Source of the DNA: Tubiluchus corallicola
Taxonomy: Eukaryota > Animalia > Priapulida
Assembly: GCA_030141605.1 (NCBI GenBank)
Contig: JAQGDQ010001074.1
Location: 966-64,965 of the forward strand
Direction of reading: 5' to 3'
DNA length: 64,000 nucleotides
Position numbers and translations under genes: made by a program. This document shows positions 24,801-37,350 of the stretch, piece by piece; positions within the stretch are counted from its first letter, which is position 1; each line of letters starts with the position of its first letter. The notes beneath the pieces were generated by a model, which saw nothing but the letters and a program-made list of their open reading frames with translations, ran no database searches and was not told the DNA's origin.

Positions 24801-27800
24801 GCAAAACAGATACTAATCATTCCTGTATAAACCCGCGACTATGATTATTATACTGGTGCGAAGGCGGACAAGAGGTCCAGAGTTAAAATCTGGATCAGTC
24901 AAAGCAGACAAATATTGTAGAATAAGAAAATAGACAAGAAATATAAAAATTCAAACAGAAAATTAAGGTTAAAACTAGCCAGAATCTTTTCCTGCGTTCC
25001 TCATGCTGATCATGACTATAGAACAGGAGCTGAGGTGGTAAACGCGCCTGTCCCTCTGCCGACTGAACGGAGAGGCCATGCCATACCAGCTACTTATAGC
25101 TACTATGCAGTGCTGAAACGCAAGGGCTTCTTAATGGATCGAACCATCACAGTGTAGAAGGAGGGTCGAAAATAAAAGGCATTTCACCAAAGGCATTTCA
25201 ACCCCGTAACAATACCTTCTCAACATTATAACCTTTCATTTCAGAGTATTCTCCGCTACATGCTTGAAAATGTTAATGACAAGAACGAAGGTGATTACGA
25301 TGAAGACGGCGGTAATGACGACGATGACAAAAAATACGCAGGCAATGGCAGCACAACAAAGCCAAGTACTACAGTAAGACGCAAGAGATCGCCTGGACAC
25401 CGAAGGTGCAATGACAACAGGAGAAGTAATCCCCGGCGCAATCCTAGAAACCAATCTAATAATTGTAAGTAAACTGTAATTAATTGTCACCGTCGTTTTA
25501 AAATTTAAATCCTCATCGTGCTTTCAAAACAATTTTTATGATGACAATCATCCCGCTGTTACATTCCAGGCAATAGCAGATGGAGGCTGCCTTATTTTGA
25601 CGCTCATTTTATGTCTCATTTCGATGTCGGGTGCGAACCCGTTAACGCCGGGATTTTTCGGGTTATGTTGCACTCGAACAAGGCTCACTGGTAGTCTTCC
25701 AAGGTCAGCGTAGACCGAGATTATTAATATAGATGCCGTAACCATCTCTCTCTCCTGCGCCATTGGACATTGGACCATTCTTGTTTTTCTCCAATTCGTG
25801 TTCCCCAAAGCATTGGACCCTTGAATTGCACAAAGTTGTTCAAAAAGCTTATTCACGAGGAATGAATTCTATTATTCTGATATATGTTAAAAGCTGTGTT
25901 TAATTATTTTAACGTTACAAACATTTTTTCCGGTTTTGCAGTTTTTGTTTGTGCAAGTAGTACGAAAATTCTATTCACCTGTGGCATTAATACATTTTGG
26001 CAAACGATGTATCTTTTTTGCCAGATTTTATTTACATATCGAAACTGATCTATTATGTTACCTTCTATTAATGATTATAATTGTGAAATTTCAACTTCGT
26101 AGATCACTTTGGACTAATTTAGTGTAGTACAAACTTTGGCGCCACGTAATTAATGTTAATGACGCCATAATCATCATTATCACCACCAACGCCATGGCGA
26201 TTAATATAACAGATTAATTCCCATCTTTCTTTTTGTAGTTCATGTTGGTAATGTTGCAGCACATTTCTACAACGTCTACGCAAAAATTGCTTACAGCAAA
26301 GATTCTCAGGTTATAAATCTAGGAACAAGAAGTAAGTAAAGCATGTCACAATGTTATTTTTATAAAACATTGGCAAACTAAATGTTTGTAAAACTGTTCT
26401 TTACAGTTTTTGGGATGAGTTCCTGCACGCTTCTGTATTGTTGGTTATATTTTGTGTGCATGCTGCAGTCGAGGATTCCAATATGCTGTTTCACAGTGCA
26501 AGGGAGCATGGTTTAGTTCAAAATGACAATGTGGAATCACTAAGAAATGGCTATGAGCCAGTTGAGACAGTCTCGAAAAGTAGGCATGCTTTATAGCCTA
26601 TTATAATCTGTAGTTTGTGCCACGTGTAGAATGTTCCCATTCTTTCCTTTTCTTTCTCTCTCTCTCTCTCTTTCGATCTTTCTCTTTCTCTCTCTATTAC
26701 CTCTCTGTTTCTGTTCCCTTTCCCTGTTTCTTTTTTCCCTTTAATCTTCTTGGCTAGTTTTCCATTTGGTTGAATTGGTTATTTTGCGTTGTTAAGTTTT
26801 TTCGCGTTCTGAGCATGAACAGCTTGTAATTTTGCAATCTTTAAAAATTTATGTGGTGCATGTGGTGCTGTAAAATTATCATTCAGTTAGATTTTTTTCT
26901 TTTCAGCTGTTTGTAACAATTGTGACACTTATATAAATATAATGAAACAATTATACCATTATGCATATTTTACCGGCGTTTTTGACGTTATAATCGAAAT
27001 CATCTGTATTTTTGTGACTGCCATTGGTTCCTATATCTTCCCTGACTTGTTCAGCTCAACAAGAGTTTGACTCTTTTCCAAATTTTAGCTGCGTGAATTA
27101 CAGCTAGCCAGTAGTTGTCGACATAAGCGCAAAAGCACAACTACTTACACATTACCTGTCCAAAATTAGCAATTACTGTGATGTAAAACACGATGATTTT
27201 TTTCATCACAAACTTAAAGATGTAAGAAATTTGTGTGCATTATACAGCAAAAATAAGAACTGAAGGCCTTTCATATATTCACAATTATGTTCAACGAGTA
27301 CCTCTAGTTTGAAGATGACCGGATGTTTGATCGCTGAAGCCAGAGTTTCATACGGCCGCGACTTTTTTGCGATGATCGAATCCAACTGTCGCCAAAATTT
27401 ATTTTATTTATTTAAAGTTTATTTCAGCAGAGAGAAAATGCTATAAAAACGTTAAAAGTTTACACTAAGAAACTAAGGAACACTACATGGCATGCATAAT
27501 TAAAAGATCTACAAATGTATACAAAAATATAGTAAAAAATATATACAGAATTTAAAATTACAAAGCATCAGTTAAAAACCAGTGGTTATAACATCAATAA
27601 ATCAAACCACTTCCGAAATATTCTACAAAAAATCATACTTCAGTTTGATATTGGGTAACATATAACCTATTACAGCATGTGTTGTTATAGAACAAAAAAT
27701 AGCGTAGCTTTCACATTTTTCAAAAACAACAGTTAAATTCATTTTTCAAAAACAACAGTTAAATTTTGTTAATAACTTAGTAGATCAAGCGATTAGCAAA

Positions 27801-30800
27801 CGATTTTGGTTATTTATGTCTAATCATCAGAAAGATCATTAGAAAACACGTGACCAAGCACGCGGAGCACTGTAGCATATGCATTTACTTGTGGTTATTT
27901 TTAGCACAAACTTCAACACCGTCAAGACCTACATAGCCCTGAGCAATACTATTTGATATAAAATATATACCATGCGTTTATAGGCGAGCGACCCCCTCGA
28001 CCCCCCCCCCCCCCACCCCCCGGATTCGGGCAAACACATTTTTTTCGGGCACTGGCCAAATGACGAAAAAATTAAAAAAATTTTTTCATAAAAAGAAATC
28101 TCGAAATTTCTCCATGCCGCCAAATGAAGTGCCAGAAATTCGGGCGTTTTTTGATCATTGGGTGGGGTGAGGCACCCGACTTGAAGTTCACCTTCACTTT
28201 TCCGATGTTTAGGAAATAAGATACGGGTCTTTTTTCGAGTTGGCGCTGTATTTTTCGGGCAAAAGTGGCTTAGCCCCCCCCCCCGAGAAAAATCAGCACG
28301 TACGAATATGAATACGTTTTAGACTGATTGAAAATCAAGCCATGTTTACTGGCACACTTTTTTGAATAGATATTTAAGAAACTTTACAATGCCTATATAC
28401 AAGAAGTTAACATGCACAAGGCATCAGCACATAAAAAATTATTTATCTAAAGTTGCCATTTCGCATGTAGCAGATCTTAGGTCAAGTAAGTTGTTGATCA
28501 GGTGGTCTATGTATATAGCAGTGATGATGATTAGCCTTTTTTAAAAAGAATGAAACACGTATTTACATAAATGGGCTTCTAGTTGCAGGCAAAGTTTAAC
28601 AATTATAAGTACATATATATCAATATATGTACATGATATGATATAAGTAGTATCCATATGTTGACACATTAAAGATACAATGTTAAATATATGTTATAGC
28701 TAATACGACGCTACTAAGATTGTCAAAAATTATAAAATTATAAACATTCGCTGCTATTAAAATTATTATGCAATATACAAAATCGCTAGAACTGAATTAA
28801 CCTAGAACTGATAATAATCATTATGATTATAGAGAAATTAACATCTATGTGAACACATCCATGCCTAGTTTGAGCTAAGGTTTACAATTCTTACACACAA
28901 GAAATTAATTCATGAAGCAGATAAGATTGAGGGTTAGGGTTAGGGTGCAAGTTGGGGTTAGGGTATTTAACTTGTGTGGGAAATTGTAAACTATTTCCCT
29001 AGTTTGTATATGAGGTATGTTATTGAAAATTTCAGAACAGCAATGAAATGAACTAAATGTATGTAGCAAAAAGATAAATAGAAAATGCGGTTGCTTGGCG
29101 AACACCATTTGTTATATTAAATGGTTCCAATTAATTTGTGTGGGTTTGGCGCATGTTCACACAACTCTGCGACAGTTTGAAGACGTTTCGCGAGTCCGGC
29201 GATAAACTTTAAAAAATTTTCAATTCTTTGCCGAAGCCAGCGACTTTTTGACGACAGCGGCAAACACCCGCAAATGTTTCACGACAATTTAAGGAATTTA
29301 TTGGGTGCGTATTTGGCGACTGTCTAAATTTTCGGATAGTCGCCAAAGTCGCTAAAAAATTTCACGACTATAAATTTGTCCCTTGTCCGTAATCATTTGT
29401 GCGAAACTTGTGTTTTCTCACTTATAGTTCGAGAAGAAGTAAGTGAATAGAATAAACAAAGGACGCAATGTCTTTTCCTGCCTATCATTTACAAGTGCAG
29501 TTCTGAGGTGTTTCTTCTGGGAGGTTTTTGATAGAGGAGGTAAACTATTATATGTTGACAAAAATAAGGAAAACAAATGGCTGTGATTTTCTTATAATAG
29601 CGTTGCAATGAAAAATCAAGGCACCTATCGTGTCCATTTTATTAGATCGTTTAATTAAATTTAATATGTGAAAATAGGTATATTGCCATATTTTACTGTG
29701 ACGTTCCTAGAACTGATCGGAACTTGCACGTTTTACAGCACGAGTTAATTATTACTCTGTGGGCAAAAGTCTGATTTAACACGATTGGCTTTAATCACTG
29801 ACCTTGTTTCTATCAGACCGAACATGGCGGCTTATTATAGTGCTTAAATTATATAATTACTGTAATTATAACTTCAATATTCTGCGGCTTTGAAGAGACC
29901 GCAATAATTTTTCTATTAAAAATTTTGGAATAAGCGCTATTTTTTCTTGCGGTAGAATGCAAGGTTGAGAAAGGCTGGCGTTGACATGAAACGGAAGAGA
30001 GACCTCTTATGATGAAATGAACCCGCAGTTGTTAAGTTTAGAAATCGAACTTAAATGGAAAGGAGGAAATTGACATTGAGCCTTTATTTGAATCAGTGAC
30101 TTTTTTATTCACTGCCGATGCCCTGAACACTAAATTACCAGCCTGTAGTGAGACAGTGGGTCTTTTTATAGTTTTATTGTTCATTTGCAATTTGGCTGTT
30201 CGTAACTCAGCATGAAGAGAGCTTCCATTGACTTTAAGTAATTAAATGGCATTATCAATCATTAAAATTCGCCGCTGTCTTGGACCTAAGGATGAGAAAT
30301 AAGTACATCATTAAGCTAAGAGTAAATATGGGAATTCTTCGACTCCAGAAGTCTCATAAACCATACGCGCTGCCGAAGGCATACAATTGTATAAAATTGT
30401 ATAAAATGTATTTGCATAAATGTCACAAATATAGTTGAAAATATTAAGAAAAATTTCGAAATGAATGATAAACTTTCCAACGCAATGTAAATTTCGCAGC
30501 AAAAATATAGGTAAGTGTTAGGGAAAATACAATACAAACTGTGCATACTGAGAACGAGAATAAACTTAACTGTAATATAACTATTAGCCAAGTAAAAAAC
30601 TAGCAAAGAAGAGCTAGTAGAAAGCCACGTAGGCCAAACTACTCAAAAGGTAAAATCCAAAATGGCCGACATCAGCCGTTTTGCATTTGAAAGTAAAAAG
30701 TAACTCGAATCATAAAGGTGACATCAAAAATGAAATTCGTGACCCAGAAAGTACCAGAAACCACATACTGCGTAGCAATATAGTCCAGGTCAATGAAAAG

Positions 30801-33800
30801 ATAATTTTCAAAATTGCGCCACGGAGGCCATTTTGGATTTCGAGCTCTAACAGAGTTCGCCCATAGATTTGCAAGTGGCTTAAATTTCTTATCTACTTTC
30901 TCAGAAGACAAATGCACTGAGAAACAACCTTCACTTTCCGCGGTCATACACGGAAATACTGAAAATGACCCAACTATAGGTTTAAAGAGAATTTTAGCTA
31001 ACTTAGTCACTAGATTGTTCAATAAATTTCTCCACCCTGATATTTGAAGATACAGTTATATGTTATCTCAAAACGCAGACTAAGTTCACTGTTGTTTATT
31101 TCGAATAAAGTTTTCCCAATGATTTGATAGGGTAAATGCCGTAACTCTAATATCTAAATTAAACATCCAAATATAACCCTAGAATGTAAAATATATAGTT
31201 TCTTATTATATATATATATATTCTTAAATCAGGAAATGTTATTAACATGTAACCCCTGTACATCACATAAATTTGCTTCTAGCAATGGAATAAGACCGCC
31301 TGTCGGACTGCTCGAGCATCTTCTAATTTATATCAATAATCATTTTATTAGCCTTTAACTAAGGTAGGTCACCTGATAAAAATTTAACTAAGGTAGGTCA
31401 CCTGTTAAAACTTTGAAAGCATTTACAGGGTTGTTAGGTCAGGCTTATGATATAACACTTCTCATTCTCTCTTATGGCAGCTCTATAAATTAGTTATTAG
31501 ACGTAAGTAGCTGTTGAGTTAAGAAAGGTTTACGCAAGATGTTATGTTTATAAGAGTCACACATAAGCCTGACTCGTTGTAGCTCCTCACCTCGCCATTT
31601 TCTTTTTTACTGCAAGTCATATGTAAACATTCTGCAGTTGAATAAAGGATATGCAGCACAAATGAGATTAAGAAAAACTTATCTATCGAAACTGATTTTT
31701 CGCGCTGAGCTTTTTTTGGATGTGTAATGATGAATTAGTAATACCAGGCTTTTCTGACATGAAGTAATGAAGATGTTGCGAAATTTGTTAATTAACTAAA
31801 TGTTTTATCATTATGTTTCACTTTCAGTTATTCAATGTCACGTCACTGTATTTTTGTATTGCACTTTATAAAATATAAATGTTCCTTGTTGACTAAATAT
31901 ATAAATAATTAATAATAGTCTGTGTACAGCACACTAATTCTACGCTGTCTTGTACTAATCAACAATATTTGTGCAAATTAAGTTACTGAAAAACATATAA
32001 ATTCATTCATGTGTTTAAGCTACATAAAATTGCAATTGTGTAAAATGTATTATCCATCTGAGAAATAAATAATATATAATAGGGGTATATGTAAAACACA
32101 AGGCTTGTTTAATGGAACCGGAAGAAGAGCAAATATTAGCTTAACAAGCCATATCTCTCGTAACTGAGTGGTTGAGTGGTTGAAGAGAACTTATGGCCAG
32201 ACACTGTAATTTCAATTGAGTAAACAATTCTTAAAACAATTCTTAAAAACAATTCTTAAAGAAACCGACAAAAGACAAGCGCTTTAAATCTACATTAAAA
32301 TAGTTGTGCAAAATTGTTAAATTGAAAAAGTGCACTTTTTAGCGTTTATTACAAAAATACTGTCATATACCTTTTTGCAAAACCCAGACTTGATAATCAA
32401 TTGTCGTTTTAGAGGGAATCATTGCCTTTCAGCTTATTTATGAAGGTCAAATGTACAATAAGTTTTACATTTATAATCATTATAAAGCAATTCGCCAATC
32501 GAAGTTTTTATTATCATTATAAAACAATTCGCCAATCGAAATTTATTGTTGTTTATGTATTTTTAAGCACGTGGAAAATTTACGTGACTATATAAAAGTG
32601 GAAAGTTTAAGATTTTCATTTTGAGTTTCGAGACAAGAGGACGCATTATTTTTAAACAATTTCGTGTGAGCTTATTGCTATAATCATATTATCATCTTAT
32701 AATGCATCACATAATAAATAATAATTCAGCCCACAAGCTGCATTAATACAATATGTTAAAGTTGTAATATAAGTACTCTTGTTTCGTTTAGTTTTAAAGA
32801 TACAATTTTGCTGGCAAGTCTTTTTAAAAGTGAAGACTTGCAAAACTCTTCTCATTTTCAGAACCCGGCAGGCACCATAGCGGAGCCGTTTCAATAACGT
32901 TATTCACTTCATGAATTATATTATAGGAAATTCAACAGACTGAAATAATTCAATTTTTATCTACCGCTCATATGTCCGCAATTCACAATAAAATGCCAAA
33001 TCCTATTCCATTTGTTTACTTGAGTTGCTGAACCAAGCAAAATTTTGAGCAGTAATGGCAAGTTGGTTCATATCAACAGTCTGTAACGGCTTAGATTTGT
33101 GCTGTCTGAAGTGATATCACCTCATCACTTCAGAGAGGAAGAACAGTCAGTCTGATTGCTGCTTGTCGCATAAAATTTCCGAAGATGGTCATACTCTGCC
33201 TACCAATGAATACGAACGTTTTCCAATTACTCTTTTCTATTGATTGAATTACAGAAAATCATTGCTCTTTAATAGTGTTTAAAAGCTTTCTAATTTCCCA
33301 GCTCTCTGTTTATATTACTCACTCTACTCAATATAAAGTGAATTTTTTGTAAGCATCACATTTTTACTTATATTGCTCAGTCTGTTCAGTGCTGTGAGTA
33401 AATTCTGTACTCAAATTAAATTGTAATTTCTGGCCATAAGCTCTCTTCTAAGTAACTATTTAGACACGAGAGATATGGTTTGTTAAGCTAGTAAGCCTAA
33501 TTACAAATGAAATGAGAACTGTATTACCTTTATTAACGTCATACACCTGCGTACCTGCTTACGGCCTACTGAAAAACAACGATTACAGAACACAAGCATG
33601 GGGTCATGAGACTGCATAAACAAACATGTTGTGATAAAGGGTTTGACGTATATATTTTAGCTAAGCTTTTGATTTGAGAGTGCTAGAAGCTATTTTTGTT
33701 GTATTGATAGGCACCTAGTTTAATCTTTAGGTACGAATTTTGAAGAGATAGAACGTTAGGATTTTTATAAAGGTATTTGAACAATGAGACAGCACTAGTT

Positions 33801-34911
33801 GCTGCATTAGAAATGAGTAATGTTTTAAAATTTTTTAAGAAACTTGATTTACTTATTATATGCTGTGTCGTGCATTATATTTTTGCAGTGCTTGACTTCA
33901 CTGAACTTTGGCATGAATGTCTTATTTTAATGTCTTTTTTTCCGTTTGGTTTTTCATTTCCTTTCTGTATTTGATTGCTGAGTGACGTGTGTTCATGTGT
34001 TTTGTTCGAGTAGAATTACATTTGGTGCAAACAATTCTGTAACATCATTACTTTAATTACCAGTTGATTGTGTTAACTTAATTTAAACAGAAAAACGAGT
34101 TTAGTAGTTTGCGTGGTATACTTGCTATATTACTTTTTAGATTAATCAAAAATTTACAAGCATAAACAGGCCAAACTTGCAGTTGAAACTCGGTATATTT
34201 AGAGAAAAGTTAAGACAATCATGTCAAAATTTACGTACAAACGAATTTTTGACTAAACTTCTAAATTCCATGAAAACAATTATGTTCTCTCACTGTATTT
34301 AGATCACGTGATCAGATATTGGAAAGCAGCTGATTGGGTGGACGAGACATCATTCCAAGTAAGCAATGAAACGGGGGAAATCACTGTAACGATTGGAGGT
34401 GTTTATTACATCTACGCCCAGGTCTGGCATATTTCAATTCTAGCATTTAAAACACTACTAATATTAATTAATTTAAATTCTTTACGCAGCCCAAAGCCAA
34501 TACTACAAGCAAATAAAACGAATGGTTCGGATCTTAAAGTGTGTTTTAACTACAAATGACATTTTGTGCTTTTTTGCGCTTTTTAAAGATGTTAGTAATA
34601 GCATTATGTATTTGTAGCTAATTTTCTACGACAACGATGTGTCAAGTAGACATGCTCAGCTGAATTCTGTCGGTTTGTACAGCAGACGGCGCAGTGAACA
34701 CACAGTCATGGATACGCTTTTGTTGAAATGCACGGAAAGCTTTGATTTGAGCAACACTACAAAGATGACCAGCTACACCACCTGCTTCTTTGGAGGACTT
34801 GCATATCTTCCGTCTCGTTCATCGGTCTTTCTCAAAAGTTTGTACTCCAACAGATATGTTAAAATAGGAGAAGAGGAGACCTACATTGGCTTAATGAGGG
34901 TTATGTCATAG
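21867..34911 (+). CDS. TNF-superfamily ligand B (Eiger/EDA/BAFF-like type II membrane protein), 327 aa, intact
   Basis: Exons 21867-22124, 25245-25464, 26239-26331, 34303-34421 and 34618-34911 splice in frame (phases 0,1,1,0). TM helix FLLAGICLIFFIASTSVIVF, furin sites GRRKR and VRRKR, acidic stalk, and TNF homology domain AAHFY...YWKAADW...GEITVTIGGVYYIYAQLIFY...CTE...YTTCFFGGLAYL...EETYIGLMRV. Confidence 0.92.
22847..23535. mobile_element. Probable solo LTR in TNF-B intron 1
   Basis: A 689-bp segment begins TGTC, ends TCACA, and is flanked by an exact CAGAGT direct repeat (22841-22846 and 23536-23541). Confidence 0.55.
27338..29414 (+). mobile_element. Harbinger-like MITE (family of 1250-1854) split by later insertions
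   Basis: Left end AGCCAGAGTTTCA...GCGACTTTTTTGCGA at 27338-27400. The segment 29090-29414 matches 1690-1854 (CGAAGCCAGCGAC...AAACACC...AAATGTTT). About 1.7 kb of unrelated sequence lies between them. Confidence 0.55.
30650..30850. repeat. Interspersed repeat with inverted AAATCCAAAATGGCC motifs
   Basis: AAAATCCAAAATGGCCG at ~30652 and GGCCATTTTGGATTT at ~30826 are inverted copies of each other. Confidence 0.5.
32137..33490. mobile_element. Non-autonomous DNA transposon with ~85-bp terminal inverted repeats in TNF-B intron 3
   Basis: TAGCTTAACAAGCCATATCTCTCGT...GAAGAGAACTTATGGCCAGA...TTGAGTA (32137-32222) is the imperfect reverse complement of 33408-33490. No coding capacity was seen inside. 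Confidence 0.75.
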
Positions 34912-37350
34912 AAAAAACGCTGTGGTGGAATTTAATTAAACGGAGATATTTATTTTTTTAGTGACAGATATTATATAGATCTGCGTGGTACCACGGACTG
35001 ATGTTATGTTCGAAATTTCTCAAAAAAGTCACGTTCAGAAGTATTTGCTATAACTATTGTTCGTTTTTAAACAAGAACATATATTTTATTATAGTCTGTA
35101 GATTTTTGTCGATGTATTTACTTATACAGAATGTACATAAATAGATTAATATGTAACTTACAAGTATATAACACATTATTTGTATAATATTATAATATCT
35201 GTAGAACAACATCGTGTTAAAAACTTCATCCATACACATTTTGCATCAACAACCTTGAGCGTAATCTTTATCTCTTACAGCAAATTAAACTTGTTAAAAT
35301 AAACACATGAAAATTTTGAAAATACAGTTTCCTTATTATTAGGCTCGACCCACATCAACTCTCTTCTCGTTGTTGTTGTTGTCGTTATTCATGCTTTTCT
35401 AGACGTTACTTACTTTTAAACTGTCCATCTGAAAAATCAAAACAGAAACGTAAACCTGCATGTGTACCAACTACTGTTTGTGTGTACACAATGCACCATC
35501 TGAATAATTTATTTTCTTTCATCATTTTCATCATGTGATGAAGTGGATTAGTCACATATTTTCATCATGTGTTGAACTGGTTCTTATGAGGAAATTGTGA
35601 CAAGAGGTGCACTTGCCCCAGGTTTTATGGAATTTCAGTAATTTGTTAAGGAATAAACTACTCAGCCACTTGCATGTTAAAGTCTGCTTAGATTTACTTA
35701 AAAACTTATAATTAATGTTACAAGACAGTCTACAGTTATTCCTGAACGTAAAATGTGGCAGTTAAACCAACCGTTAAGATATACTGCAAATTCGTGTGAA
35801 CAATTATTATTCTCTAGTGAGTTAATTCCGTGTTTTTATCTACCTTATTTTAGTTACTAGAGAGATAAAATTATTTGACGGTAATTAAATATATAGTCGG
35901 ATCCGGTAAATAGAATGTTTCATGAGCGTTTATGTCTAATTTTGCACTTTTCTATTTTTCACATATAAAACCAATAATTACTATATTCGCCGCTAATGCA
36001 TAGCAATAAATATATAGTCCACAGAGTCCACACTGCATAAGTCAGTAGTGCCAAAGTACAGAGGAAAGGCGTTAGACTAACGATACAATGTTATTGCGTT
36101 ATAATAAACTTATTTTATTGTCCTCGCATTAGTGTTAAGGCCACCACCTCGATATGAGAGGTGTCAAACACCAGTCAATCTGAGGAGGAAAAATCACAGC
36201 AATTTAAACGAACAACTGTGACAGCCACTAATTAGCAAGATCGAATTTATTGCCCGTCGCTATGCCATTATTTAATTGATTATTTGACTTAACGTAGTCA
36301 ATTATTTTATGCAGTAATGTGACCTATATGAAGAGCGAACTCAGCTGATACGCAAATTTGCATTATTTAAATACACATTTTAGCAAAATATATTTATTTA
36401 TCTTTGAATTTCAATAAAAGTTACATAATTTCACAGAGCCCGCCTCCTTGTACTGCATTACTGTTAATTAATTATCAGTAATTACTAATTTAAACTCAGC
36501 AGAGAGTTTTATGTCTCGGCAACTCAATATCAGGTTTAAAATGTACAAAAAGGTACGGATTTAAGAGGTCGCTGTCACTGTAGATGTCGTTGTTGTTGTT
36601 GTTGCTGCTGCTGCTGTCTTTTATGTTGTTTTTTAATTGTCTGTAAGCAAATTTAACTCCGGGATCTTAGGCTATAGTACAACTATGCAAGACAGAACTG
36701 TAAAAACAGATAATAGAATTGAAAAAGTTGTAGAGCCTATAATCCAGGCCTGTTACACTTAGGCCTATTAGGTTTGAAATGACTTTGTTATCCAGCTATT
36801 TTTTGTTTACGGTTAGCCATACCATAATTTCGCAGAATTAATTGATTTAGCTACGAATGCCTCCGAAAATATTAAAAAAACAACTAAATAAATTTAGCCT
36901 TTAACTTTCTTCAGCCGATATAATATAAAGAACGTTTTGTGTCCCATGTTTCAAGCTACCGTGCAATCATTATAGTTGTAAAAATGAATTTTATAGCCAG
37001 CTATAAAACGCTAGCTGATTGTCGCAAAAGAGTCGTTTTTCAACACAAAGGAAAGTGCAACATAAGTCTGATCTTGTGCCACTTTTAACACTTGCCTTAC
37101 TACTCTAATTTTCTCGGTCACCTGTGCAAAAGTTGTGCGAGAACAATAATTACTTAATATGCATGTAACTTGAAAGTAATTGGGTGAAAAATGTGTCGTA
37201 GTTGAAAACTCACTGACATACAGCCAGAGGAAATTAATTTCAGCTGACACTTTAATAAAATCATCGTAACTCAAGTGTATAATAGAGAAAAGGTCTAGGT
37301 TGTGGTAATACCCATCAGTTTAGTTGAGTATCGACAGTAAACAGGTGAAG

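Noticed and set aside
28928-28962. TTAGGG telomere-like repeats
   Set aside because: Only about three degenerate units inside a repeat-rich intron, so not a telomeric array.
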